Part shown: in pieces, positions 9,869-18,775 of the stretch
Position numbering within the stretch: the first letter of the stretch is position 1
Layout of the letters: every line of letters begins with the position of its first letter
Source: Methanothermobacter marburgensis str. Marburg
GTDB lineage: Archaea > Methanobacteriota > Methanobacteria > Methanobacteriales > Methanothermobacteraceae
DNA: 32,000 nucleotides
Reading direction: 5' to 3'
Assembly (NCBI RefSeq): GCF_000145295.1
Contig: NC_014408.1
Coordinates: forward strand, 330,001 to 362,000
Program-made: the position numbers and the translations under genes
Notes under the pieces: model-generated
Database searches by the model: none
What the model was told of the DNA's origin: nothing
What the model saw: only the letters and a program-made list of their open reading frames with translations

Positions 9869-10276
9869 CTAGACGTTCTTGAGGGGCGCCTTGGCACCGC
9901 ATGCCTCGCACTTGAGAAGGGATATCCGCCCCTCCCTGATTATCCTTGTATCAGGTCTGTTGCATTCGTGGCATATGACAAATTTGTTGACGTAGTCCTC
10001 TATCCTCTCGTTTATGAGAAAGTGGGTGAATTTACCCTGGAGTATGGCCCTTCCACCCTCAAGGTTACCTGCGGTACCCAGTTCTCTCAGAAGGAATTTC
10101 AGAAGGTGCTGGGGGTCCCTGTTGAGTGCATCTGCAACCTCCCTGAAGTTCTGTATGAATGTCCTGTTTCCCTGTATAACTGAGTACGCCTTTGGAACCT
10201 CGAAACGTTTTGTTTCAAATACCTCTGGGGGCAGCTGCTCTATGGCCCTTTCAAGTAATTTTTCGTAATCATCCAT
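9869..10276 (-). CDS. eif2b: Translation initiation factor aIF2 beta subunit
   Basis: 135 aa. '[32 protein letters not shown]' and the C-terminal zinc ribbon 'CHECNRPDT...CEACGA'. SD 'GGAGGT' upstream. Confidence 0.9.
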   Translation of the reverse strand: MDDYEKLLERAIEQLPPEVFETKRFEVPKAYSVIQGNRTFIQNFREVADALNRDPQHLLKFLLRELGTAGNLEGGRAILQGKFTHFLINERIEDYVNKFVICHECNRPDTRIIREGRISLLKCEACGAKAPLKNV

Positions 10277-10313
10277 AATCTATACCTCCGGTAAAAAGTG
10301 TGTAATGGAAAAT

Positions 10314-12314
10314 TCAGACCACCTTAAGGTATCCCCTGGCGGGCTCAAATATTGCGCCCTTGTCCTTGAGGATCCTTATCAGTTCCTCAACCTTTTCCTC
10401 ACTCACGTTATATCTATCCATCATCTCAGTTATAAGAATATTGGTGGGTGCCCTGCCACCGTAGTCCTCCTCGTATTCCCTTATGAGTTCAAGTAGCAGG
10501 CGGAACTTGTCCCTCTCAGATTTGGGTGTTCTCCCCTCAACCTTGTCGATGTCTATCTTACCGGTCTCAGGGTCGTACCCCACCTGCTTAAGGCATGCCT
10601 GGGACAGCTTTATGGCCTTCCTGGCGTCCTCTGCCTCCACGTGTTCCTTGAGTTTTATCTTTGCACTGGCCTCTGAGAGTCGCACGAGGGCCTCCAGCTG
10701 CCTTGCTGTTATGGGGACCGGTGAGTCCTCATCGGCTGCACTGGCCCTCATTGATACGTAGAAGTCCTCGAGGACCTGCATCGCCTCATCTGTCAGCACG
10801 GGTCTCACATTCTTCCTTGCATAGGCTATGTACTTCCTCAGCAGTTCTGGATCTATTTCAAAGGGTGTGTGGTCCTCCTTATGTGTTTTCAGGATGTGTC
10901 TTGCAAGTTCTCTGTCCTTATCCTCATCGGGTTTGTCCTCCACAACGAATATCAGGTCAAAACGTGACAGTATGGTTGATGGAAGATCTATTTGCTCTGC
11001 GATTGATTTATAACTGTCAAATCTCCCGAATTTTGGGTTTGCGGCTGCCAGGACAGAGCACCTTGAGTTGAGGGTTGCCATTATACCTGCCTTGGCTATG
11101 CTTATGGTCTGCTGCTCCAGTGCCTCGTGGATGGCTGAACGGTCCTCATCACGCATCTTATCCAGTTCATCCACACAGACGTTACCCTTATCCCCCAGGA
11201 CAAGGGCACCGGCCTCAAGGGACCATCCACCGAATTCATCCCTCACAGCGGCGGCGGTGAGCCCAACCCCTGAGGTACCCTTACCGCTTGTGTATATCCC
11301 CCTGGGGGCCAGCTTTGACACGTACTTGAGCATCTGGGACTTACCTATACCAGGGTCCCCGACTATGAGGATGTGTATGTCCCCACGGAGGCGGGTCTTA
11401 TCATCGAGCTCCTTCCCGGTCCCCCCAAAGAGCTGAAGGGCTATGGCCTCCTTTACCTCACGGTAACCGTGTATTGATGGTGCGGTGGACCTTATGATCT
11501 TCTCGTATATGTTGGGGTCGGCTGCAAGCTCCTTTATCTTTTCCTCGTCCTCCTCACTTATCTGGAGCTCCTCGAACTCCTGTTCAAGGAACTCGGTGTA
11601 ATTTCCGTATATGAAGTTCTTGAACCGCCTGGTTCTCTCATCTCGGACTGTCCTCAGTGTACCTGTGACCCTCACGATGTCCCCCGGGGTGAGGGTGTCA
11701 ACCAGGTCATCCTCAAGGACGACGGTTATCTGGCGGGGCTGCTCACCACCTGAGAGGTTCTCAAGTGGCTCCTGGAGTTTCAGTGTCTGGGTGTCCAGGA
11801 ACTCTGATTCGTCCTGCAGGAGCCTGAATGACCTGCCACCACACTCTGAGCAGAGTGATGGCTCTGTGATCATGTTGGTGGACTGGCTGACCTCATGGAG
11901 CCTCATACAGCCCCGGCACTCAAAGACGGCCTTAACTATCCTGGGCCTTATCTCATCTGTCTTCCTCACAATACCGTCAACTGCAACGAATTTACCTATG
12001 AATTTACTCCGGAGTTCCCTGAGGGGTATGACGTTGCTGACCCCACTGAACCTTATGTTGAGGTCAACGTTCTTCCTCAGAGGATCTATGTTCCTTATGG
12101 CCTTCTGGGCGGCCCTTATCACATCGTCTGGTTTTTCAATTAGAAGGTCTGCAAGATCTGGATCGAACATTTCAAGGTCAAGGTAGTCAACTTCAATGGA
12201 TCTGACATTGGGATACTTCTCTATGGACTCAAATACCCTGTCCTTGTACTTCTTGAGTGAAAAGAATTCCTCGAATTTTGTGAGTGTCTTGCTCTTATCC
12301 ACGGTTTTCATCAT
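10314..12314 (-). CDS. mcm: MCM replicative helicase
   Basis: 666 aa. Zn finger 'CRGC...CSECGG', Walker A 'GDPGIGKSQ', Walker B 'CVDELDKM', arginine finger 'SRFDL'. Near-identical to the MCM I remember from M. thermautotrophicus. Confidence 0.95.
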   Translation of the reverse strand: MMKTVDKSKTLTKFEEFFSLKKYKDRVFESIEKYPNVRSIEVDYLDLEMFDPDLADLLIEKPDDVIRAAQKAIRNIDPLRKNVDLNIRFSGVSNVIPLRELRSKFIGKFVAVDGIVRKTDEIRPRIVKAVFECRGCMRLHEVSQSTNMITEPSLCSECGGRSFRLLQDESEFLDTQTLKLQEPLENLSGGEQPRQITVVLEDDLVDTLTPGDIVRVTGTLRTVRDERTRRFKNFIYGNYTEFLEQEFEELQISEEDEEKIKELAADPNIYEKIIRSTAPSIHGYREVKEAIALQLFGGTGKELDDKTRLRGDIHILIVGDPGIGKSQMLKYVSKLAPRGIYTSGKGTSGVGLTAAAVRDEFGGWSLEAGALVLGDKGNVCVDELDKMRDEDRSAIHEALEQQTISIAKAGIMATLNSRCSVLAAANPKFGRFDSYKSIAEQIDLPSTILSRFDLIFVVEDKPDEDKDRELARHILKTHKEDHTPFEIDPELLRKYIAYARKNVRPVLTDEAMQVLEDFYVSMRASAADEDSPVPITARQLEALVRLSEASAKIKLKEHVEAEDARKAIKLSQACLKQVGYDPETGKIDIDKVEGRTPKSERDKFRLLLELIREYEEDYGGRAPTNILITEMMDRYNVSEEKVEELIRILKDKGAIFEPARGYLKVV

Positions 12315-12422
12315 GAAAGTATATTATAACGACATTATAAAACATTATTGAGTGGGATAAACTTGGTTCTAATCGTATGAACATGAACATTTTTTCACAG
12401 TAGCTGGATTTAAGGTGATATC

Positions 12423-12857
12423 ATGAAGAGATCAAGGATAAACCTCTTTAAGGTAACATCAATGACCATATCAATTCTGGGAGTGCTTCTCATAGCAGGG
12501 ACCATACTGATATTTGCATATATAGGTGTAGACGCAATATCTGATGCCATATCAGGGAGTGTGGAGAAGGGTGCTGAGTACGATGAACTCGCAAAGCTTC
12601 AGAGCGATTACTCGGCACTCAAGGTCCAGTATGACTCGGTTAAAAAGGAGGTCTACCAGAGGAACAACGATAACCTGACAAAGACGTACCTGAATGCTGA
12701 GATAGAGCTTGTGAAGGCCAAATCAGCGATTGACGATGTTAAAAGTGCTCTGGAGACAAACAAACCAAAATCTGAGGTTGATGGTCGCATAAAAACAGCC
12801 AGGTATCAGCTTCAGGTTGCCTCACAGGCCCTGAATGATCTGAGGGCACTCATGTGA
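12423..12857 (+). CDS. Membrane-anchored coiled-coil protein, unknown function
   Basis: 144 aa. One N-terminal TM helix ('ISILGVLLIAGTILIFAYIGV') followed by a heptad-rich segment. SD 'AGGTGAT' lies 4 nt before the ATG. Confidence 0.6.
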   Translation: MKRSRINLFKVTSMTISILGVLLIAGTILIFAYIGVDAISDAISGSVEKGAEYDELAKLQSDYSALKVQYDSVKKEVYQRNNDNLTKTYLNAEIELVKAKSAIDDVKSALETNKPKSEVDGRIKTARYQLQVASQALNDLRALM

Positions 12858-12902
12858 GACTGATGATGATTCTTTCTCATTTTTCCCTAAGTCCCGCCCG
12901 AC

Positions 12903-13538
12903 CTAGTGGATGATTCTCTTCCATTTCCTTTTACCCTTGAAGTCCCGCCCCACAATGTACATCTCTGCGCTCGCCTTTCTTGATGAGGCGGGTTTTGTTG
13001 TTTTGAGTTTCCAGAAATCCTTCTTCATCTCCTTTATGACCTTATCGAGTTCAGGGCCCTGGAATGCCTTGATCAGGATGTTCCCCTTCCTTTCAAGGAC
13101 CCTGTATGCTATATCAAGGACATTCTCAACGAGATCCACCGAGCGGAGGTGGTCGATGTCCCTTATACCGGAAAGGGATGGTGCAGCGTCTGATATAACC
13201 ACATCTGCCCTTCCACCAAGCTCCTCAATTATCCTCTCCTTTATCGCAGGGTCTGTGAAGTCCCCCATTATGGCCCTGAAGTTCTCTACGGGGAAACCCT
13301 TTATCCTCTGGAGGTCAACTGCAACCACAAGTCCCTCCTCACCGACCTTCTCAAGGGCGACCTGTGACCATCCCCCGGGGGCGGCCCCGAGGTCAAGGAC
13401 CCTGTAACCCTTCCTTATCAGTCTGTAGCGGTTGTTGAGCTGCAGTAACTTGTAGGATGCCCTTGAACGGTAGTTCTCCCTCTTGGCACTCTTGTAGTAG
13501 TGGTCCCTTTTCCTTTCAGCCTGCCATCGTTTTCCCAT
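12903..13538 (-). CDS. rlmE: 23S rRNA 2'-O-ribose (U2552-type) methyltransferase RlmE/FtsJ
   Basis: '[11 protein letters not shown]' and the SAM motif '[14 protein letters not shown]'. SD 'AGGAGGTGA' overlaps the stop codon of the upstream gene. Confidence 0.9.
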   Translation of the reverse strand: MGKRWQAERKRDHYYKSAKRENYRSRASYKLLQLNNRYRLIRKGYRVLDLGAAPGGWSQVALEKVGEEGLVVAVDLQRIKGFPVENFRAIMGDFTDPAIKERIIEELGGRADVVISDAAPSLSGIRDIDHLRSVDLVENVLDIAYRVLERKGNILIKAFQGPELDKVIKEMKKDFWKLKTTKPASSRKASAEMYIVGRDFKGKRKWKRIIH

Positions 13539-13542
13539 GGGG

Positions 13543-14061
13543 TCACCTCCTGAAGTTCAGTGATCTGCAGACAGGTGCCCCTGTCCTGATGATCCTGGCA
13601 TCAAGTTTTTCACCGTCGATTTCAAGGATCATGACGCTTGGATCTGTGAGTCTGGGCACTGTGGGGCTTCCAGGGTTGAGGAGGAGCATATCCTCAAGTT
13701 CGGTTATGAATGGCTGATGTGTATGTCCGCTTATGAGGACATCAGCACCAAGCTCAAGCCCCAGGTACCTAAGCTGCTGGGTATCACCACGGGGGTAGAC
13801 CTCCCCATGTATGAGACCCACCCTGTATGATCCGATCTCAAGTACCCTGGACCTTGGGTTATCTACACCATATCGGCGGTCCATGTTTCCCTGAACGCAC
13901 TCAACAGGTGCAATGGTTTCAAGGTCGTTCATAACCTCCATGGAGGTCAGGTCACCGGCGTGGAGTATAAGTTCAACGTCCCTGAAGACCTCAAATACCG
14001 CCTCGGGGAGTTCAACTGCCCTGTCAGGGATGTGCGTATCGGATATAACACCTACCAGCAT
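13543..14061 (-). CDS. MJ0936/YfcE-family metallophosphoesterase
   Basis: Motifs 'ISDTH', 'HAGDL', 'GNMD', 'GHTH'. ATG 14061 lies 6 nt after 'AAGGAGA'. The ORF-track start at 14067 is a GTG touching the SD. Confidence 0.85.
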   Translation of the reverse strand: MLVGVISDTHIPDRAVELPEAVFEVFRDVELILHAGDLTSMEVMNDLETIAPVECVQGNMDRRYGVDNPRSRVLEIGSYRVGLIHGEVYPRGDTQQLRYLGLELGADVLISGHTHQPFITELEDMLLLNPGSPTVPRLTDPSVMILEIDGEKLDARIIRTGAPVCRSLNFRR

Positions 14062-14339
14062 TCTCACTCTCCTTATTGTATGTTTACCTTTGCATGCTCT
14101 CTGTGTCAGTTCTTGGGATTCTCTTATTTATCATGGTGGAATAAGCAATGAAACCACTGATCATATATCTTTTTTATCTTTAAAATAAGTTTTCTGGGCG
14201 GTATTCGTATATGGGTTGGGTCGGGAATAACTGTACCTTGTTGGGCTGCCCTCTGGTCAGGCGGTGTCTGTATTTCTGGGTTGAACCACGACCCGAAGAC
14301 ATTTGACATAAAAAATATCATAATATTTAAACTTTTATT

Positions 14340-14367
14340 ATTACAAAATGGGGTAAAAAAATAATAA
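14340..14367 (-). terminator. Oligo-T termination signal after the Gly-rich membrane protein gene
   Basis: Immediately after the TGA stop, the minus strand reads 'TTATTATTTTTTTACCCCATTTTG' (T7 run = plus-strand A7 at 14355-14361). Confidence 0.4.
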
Positions 14368-14724
14368 TCAGTCACCTGCAAGGAAACCCCCTATGGCACC
14401 ACCGATGCCCATGAAGATCATTGAAACAAGAATGAGCACCACTACAAGCAGCGTTCCGGCTAATGCACCAAGGAACAAACCGCCAAATCCGCCAATGACC
14501 GCACCAAAGACTGTAAAGAGAACTGCAAGCACTATGCCACCAAAAGCGCCGGCTACGGTGGCATTCCAGAACCCCCCAACAGCCCCCTCCTTAACCATGA
14601 GGCCAACAACAAATCCGGCAAGGAATAAACCCAGCAATGAGGCCTGGTCAATGAAAGGACTCAGAATGATCGGAAAAACGACTGCAAGTATGAAACCAGT
14701 AATTACAGCTCCCCACTTAACCAT
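14368..14724 (-). CDS. Small glycine-rich integral membrane protein (about 4 TM), unknown function
   Basis: 118 aa, hydrophobic and Gly-rich throughout ('GAVIGGFGGLFLGALAGTLLVVVLILV'). 'GGTG' lies upstream and an oligo-T tract downstream. The plus-strand ORF is its Pro/Thr-rich mirror image. Confidence 0.6.
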   Translation of the reverse strand: MVKWGAVITGFILAVVFPIILSPFIDQASLLGLFLAGFVVGLMVKEGAVGGFWNATVAGAFGGIVLAVLFTVFGAVIGGFGGLFLGALAGTLLVVVLILVSMIFMGIGGAIGGFLAGD

Positions 14725-14804
14725 ATAAACACCATGACAATTTATGTCACGCTATCCTTAAAAAACTTTTAGATTTATAGACACCTCCCGATATAATATT
14801 ATAC

Positions 14805-16265
14805 ATGCCAGGGGAATCTATGGCAGTTGTCTTCCCACATCATCTCATGGAGAATCATCCAGCTGCAGAGAAGACATCAGATTTCATTGTGGTGGAGGAC
14901 CAGCTCTTCTTTGGAGATCCTGTATTCAACCTGAGGTTCCATAAGAATAAACTCCTACTGCACAGGGCCTCCATGCGCTACTATTATGACCACCTGAAAT
15001 CAAGGGGCCTGAATGTCAGCTACATAGATTACACGCCGGACCCTGACATGGGGTACCTTAGGGACCACCTTGAGGGATATGAGAGGGTCTACACACTGGA
15101 ACTCCTTGACCATGAACTTGAGAGGAGATTGGGGCGGCTCTGCAGTGAAACCGGCACAGAACTCGTTGAAATTGAGGGACCATTCATCTTCAGAAGGAGG
15201 CTCATGGACAGTTACTTCAGGGATGGCAGGTTCTTCCTCACATCATTTTACATAAGGGAGAGGAGGAGGCTCTCCATTCTCATGGAAAACTCAAGACCTA
15301 AGGGCGGTAAATGGACATTTGATAGGGAAAACAGGAGGAGGCTGCCGCGGGGAATTAATATTCCAGAACCCATAGAACTGCCTGAAAACAGTTATGTGCG
15401 TGAGGCCAGGAGTTACGTGGCTGAGCGCTTCCATGATAACCCGGGCTCCATGGAACACTTCAACTACCCCACAACCCACAGGGAGGCCTGGATATTTTTG
15501 AGGGACTTCACAGGAAGAAGGCTCAGGAACTTTGGAAGCTATCAGGACTTCATATCCCGTGATGAGACGTTCCTCTTCCACTCTGTACTCTCTTCCTCAC
15601 TCAACATCTGCCTCTTAACCCCCATGGAGGTTCTGAAAGCAGCGCTATCTGCAGATGCCCCCCTCAATTCTGTTGAGGGATTTGTGAGGCAGGTCATGGG
15701 CTGGAGGGAGTTCATAAGGGCAGTTTACATCCTTAGGGGGTCCTATCAGAGGACCAGGAACTTCTTTAACCACAGGGGAAAACTCAATCATAAAATGTAC
15801 CTTGGCAACACCGGTCTGGAACCATACGACACTGCCGTGAGGAGGGTTTTAAGGCACGGTTACACCCACCACATCGAGCGCCTCATGGTCATAGGTAACC
15901 TCATGCTCCTCCTTGGCACTGATCCTGATGAGGTTTATCGCTGGTTCATGGAGATGTTCATAGACTCCTACGACTGGGTGATGGTCCCCAACGTCTATGG
16001 CATGAGCCAGTACGCGGATGGGGGCCTCATGGCAACCAAGCCCTACATATCATCGTCGAACTACATCCTGAGGATGAGTGACCATGCACGGGGTGACTGG
16101 TGCAGGGTATGGGACTCCCTCTTCTGGACATTCTTAAGTGATAAGAGAAATTACATAGGTGAAAATCCCCGTATGAGGCTCCTCTACAGGTACCTCACAG
16201 ATGAAAAACTTGAGGACCTCCAGACGGTTAAAAAAAGATTTTTAGATGAACTCAGAGGGCCCTGA
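14805..16265 (+). CDS. Cryptochrome/photolyase-family protein of the COG3046 (PhrB/CryB, 'FeS-BCP'-like) type
   Basis: 'HKNKLLLHRASMRYYYDHLKSRG' and 'HHIERLMVIGNLMLLLG...FIDSYDWVMVPNVYGMSQYADGGLMATKPYISSSNYILRMSD' match my memory of this family. TATA-like 'TTTATAG' lies about 25 nt before ATG 14805 (leaderless?). ATG 14820 is an alternative start. Confidence 0.75.
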   Translation: MPGESMAVVFPHHLMENHPAAEKTSDFIVVEDQLFFGDPVFNLRFHKNKLLLHRASMRYYYDHLKSRGLNVSYIDYTPDPDMGYLRDHLEGYERVYTLELLDHELERRLGRLCSETGTELVEIEGPFIFRRRLMDSYFRDGRFFLTSFYIRERRRLSILMENSRPKGGKWTFDRENRRRLPRGINIPEPIELPENSYVREARSYVAERFHDNPGSMEHFNYPTTHREAWIFLRDFTGRRLRNFGSYQDFISRDETFLFHSVLSSSLNICLLTPMEVLKAALSADAPLNSVEGFVRQVMGWREFIRAVYILRGSYQRTRNFFNHRGKLNHKMYLGNTGLEPYDTAVRRVLRHGYTHHIERLMVIGNLMLLLGTDPDEVYRWFMEMFIDSYDWVMVPNVYGMSQYADGGLMATKPYISSSNYILRMSDHARGDWCRVWDSLFWTFLSDKRNYIGENPRMRLLYRYLTDEKLEDLQTVKKRFLDELRGP

Positions 16266-16269
16266 TCGG

Positions 16270-16965
16270 TTACTCATAGCCTGTGTAGTCCAGGGCACCT
16301 GAATTGTAGAGCCTCTGAAGGTCAGATGCATGGGTGAGCTCATATGCAGTGTAGGGGTTGTTGAGGTAGGGGTGTATGAGACCCTTTATGATGTAGTAGT
16401 AGGCTCCGAGTCTACCGTACTGCCTCCAGACTATCTGCACATAGAGGGGGAAGCCACAGCCAGGGTTTATGAATACGTTGCCCTCCCTAACGGTCCCATG
16501 GAAGACCATGGGCATGGGGCCCTGCTGACCCTTCTCTGCTGCCAGCCTCTCAACGTAGTCCATGGCCTCGTAGAGGGTGTCGAATTCATATCCATCGGCC
16601 CGGTAACGGTATTTGCCGTCGGGCACACCGAATATGAAGGATTCAAGAACCTCGGTCCAGTCTATGTCTGTCCTGTACTCTGAACTGATATATGCGAGTT
16701 CTATTATGGTGACGTTGCCCTCCCTGTAGTGGCTGTAGTTTGAGCTACCTGCATAGTGGACCACAAGGGCACACTTTGACCCCCTCTGGGCCGCGTACTC
16801 TGCAAGCACCTTTGACTGGGGGTGGCCGGGGTACATGTCAGGGTTTGCAAGTTTGACAAAGGCCAGACGCCCAACAGGCTCCACAGGGCTAACGGCTGTT
16901 ACACCGTAGAGGTAGACCCCGAATATGAGAATGGCTGCAATGATGATATAGGATGATCTTGCCAT
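16270..16965 (-). CDS. N-terminally anchored/exported protein, unknown function
   Basis: 231 aa. Signal-anchor 'YIIIAAILIFGVYLYGV'. SD 'GAGGA' lies 6 nt upstream. No catalytic motif recognised. Confidence 0.55.
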   Translation of the reverse strand: MARSSYIIIAAILIFGVYLYGVTAVSPVEPVGRLAFVKLANPDMYPGHPQSKVLAEYAAQRGSKCALVVHYAGSSNYSHYREGNVTIIELAYISSEYRTDIDWTEVLESFIFGVPDGKYRYRADGYEFDTLYEAMDYVERLAAEKGQQGPMPMVFHGTVREGNVFINPGCGFPLYVQIVWRQYGRLGAYYYIIKGLIHPYLNNPYTAYELTHASDLQRLYNSGALDYTGYE

Positions 16966-17059
16966 GTTATCCTCATTGATTTATCTATTTATTTATGCTA
17001 AGGGCCCATTCTGTATAAAAGTAACGGTTCGTTGATCATATTCAGCAATGTAAAGCGCA

Positions 17060-17821
17060 TCATTTCTCCCTTATTAAGTCCTTGATTTCCCTGATCTCCC
17101 TTTTAAGATCTCCTATACTTTTTTCGATGTTTTCGATCCTGTCATGGATCTCCTTTTCTTCTTCAGGGTTTTTAACGAACCAGGAGGCAAGGGATGCTGT
17201 GAGGAAACCCACGAAGGTGACACCCACAAGCATGAGTATTCCTGTGATGACCTTACCGTAGAGGGTTGTTGGGGGTATAACCACCTCCCCCACCATTGTG
17301 GTTGTTATGCTGTACCAGAGGGAGTCCACGGGGTCATGGAGGGACTTGTTAACACCGGATTCTATCATGTAAAACAGAAGGGTACCCCCCACAATTGCGA
17401 AGAGGAGTATTCCCACTGCCTGGTCGAGGTGAGTGTCCACAAGGAATGTGAAGAACTTCTTGAGATACTTTCTGAAGAGTGCAAGTACCTTCACAACCCT
17501 TATTATTCTTATGAATCTGAAGGCCCTGAAGAAATCCACAGGCATGAAGGCCACTATATCCATCCAGTTTTCCCTTAAGAATCTTTTCCTGTCATCGGAC
17601 CGTTTGAGGTTGATGGAGAATTCGATAAAGAGGATGATACAGAGGAAAAGGTCAAACTGGTTGATGGCATTCACGGTCCCTGGATTTGAGGGGTAGAATG
17701 ATATGTAGCTTAAGAGCACTATGTCAAGGATTATGAGTATGAGAAGAGTGAGTTCCTTGAGCCTGATGATTTCTCCGTACTCCATGGGGACCACATTATA
17801 GAGTTGGGCTTGTGGCATCAT
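17060..17821 (-). CDS. Six-TM voltage-sensor-type cation channel with non-canonical pore and C-terminal coiled coil
   Basis: S4-like 'FRFIRIIRVVKVLALFRK' (R/K every third residue). Pore region 'WYSITTTMVGEVVIPPT'. C-terminal heptads 'IHDRIENIEKSIGDLKREIREIKDLIREK'. Confidence 0.8.
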   Translation of the reverse strand: MMPQAQLYNVVPMEYGEIIRLKELTLLILIILDIVLLSYISFYPSNPGTVNAINQFDLFLCIILFIEFSINLKRSDDRKRFLRENWMDIVAFMPVDFFRAFRFIRIIRVVKVLALFRKYLKKFFTFLVDTHLDQAVGILLFAIVGGTLLFYMIESGVNKSLHDPVDSLWYSITTTMVGEVVIPPTTLYGKVITGILMLVGVTFVGFLTASLASWFVKNPEEEKEIHDRIENIEKSIGDLKREIREIKDLIREK

Positions 17822-18217
17822 AAATACTTTGCAGTGTGATGGGTTTCACCTGACCGGAGAGCGGTGTTCATGCAATCCATTAATCCTACACAGCACTGAC
17901 TTCGTTATAGGATACTATTGCGAACATAGGGTCCGCATTAAAGTCATTTCATGAAATTCCTGGGGCTTCTGGACAGGTCTGTAGAATCAAGCAAGAAATA
18001 AATCTGATATCACACCAGAAAGACGATGGATACGGTTCCCAGATGAAACCCGCAATTTTTTATAGAATGGATGGAAATATAGTAATTGTTATTATCTAGG
18101 GGGTGATTGCAGAATCTGGCACCTTTTTAGTGGTTTAGGGAATTTGGATGCATTCTATCAAATCAGACATGATATCGTTTCTGGATTCTTTTCACAATTA
18201 AAGGGGAGGTTAACGGT

Positions 18218-18775
18218 TTGAACAGGATAATGAACTTTTCCAGGGACCTTGTGGGGGTTCTGGCATCACCTGAGAAGGCCCTAAGCAGGGCGAAAGACAG
18301 GGGGGTTGAAAACCAGGGCCTTTACCTCTACGTGTTCCTATCAGCATTTCTTGGCTACATGCTGGGAGGGGTAATCTCGGCTGCAACAGGCGCCGGTATA
18401 ATGGTTCCCGTGCTATTTGCAGTGGCTGTCCTTATTGTATCCTTCATAAAACTGATAGTATGGGCTCTCATATCCCATATAATTGCTGCTGTGGTATTTG
18501 AGGGTAAGGGGACATTCGCAGGCACCCTGAAGATGATGGGGTTCGCAGCGGCACCCTTTGTGGTGGGAATATTCGCCCTCCTAACAATGACACTTCTCGG
18601 GACATTCTTCACATCATCAATGCTGTTTGTGGTGATGTACATCTGGACGATAATGATTGCCGCCGCTGCAGTGGCCGCTGAACATGAAATGGGTTATGGG
18701 AGGGCATTTCTATCAGTATTTGCACTTCCAGCCATTGTAATAGCACTTCTTGTGATGCTTGTGGGGGTATTGTAA
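18218..18775 (+). CDS. Yip1-domain-like polytopic membrane protein
   Basis: 185 aa, about 5 TM helices after a short soluble N-terminus, with Yip1-like topology. TTG start at 18218 lies 6 nt after a strong SD 'GGGGAGGT'; ATG 18230 is an alternative. Confidence 0.6.
   Translation: MNRIMNFSRDLVGVLASPEKALSRAKDRGVENQGLYLYVFLSAFLGYMLGGVISAATGAGIMVPVLFAVAVLIVSFIKLIVWALISHIIAAVVFEGKGTFAGTLKMMGFAAAPFVVGIFALLTMTLLGTFFTSSMLFVVMYIWTIMIAAAAVAAEHEMGYGRAFLSVFALPAIVIALLVMLVGVL

Noticed and set aside
10483-12186. Several plus-strand ORFs of 61-191 aa (e.g. 11611-12186, 10661-11071, 11068-11436)
   Set aside because: All are antisense to the unmistakable MCM gene. They are Ser/Arg/Pro-rich shadow ORFs typical of the opposite strand of a real gene.
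10314-12314. Checked MCM for an intein or frameshift
   Set aside because: It is a continuous 666-aa ORF with Zn finger, Walker A/B and arginine finger in normal order and spacing. There is no insertion.
12910-13407. 165-aa plus-strand ORF
   Set aside because: It is antisense to rlmE, which has a clear SAM-binding motif and an SD.
14124-14381. 85-aa minus-strand ORF in the AT-rich spacer
   Set aside because: It overlaps the 3' end of the membrane-protein gene and runs through the oligo-T terminator and promoter-like AT-rich DNA. The product is implausible and there is no SD.
14393-14728. 111-aa Pro/Thr/Ala-rich plus-strand ORF
   Set aside because: It is the mirror image of the Gly-rich membrane protein (GGN codons read as NCC). 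The minus-strand gene has an SD-like site and an oligo-T terminator, so only that strand is called.
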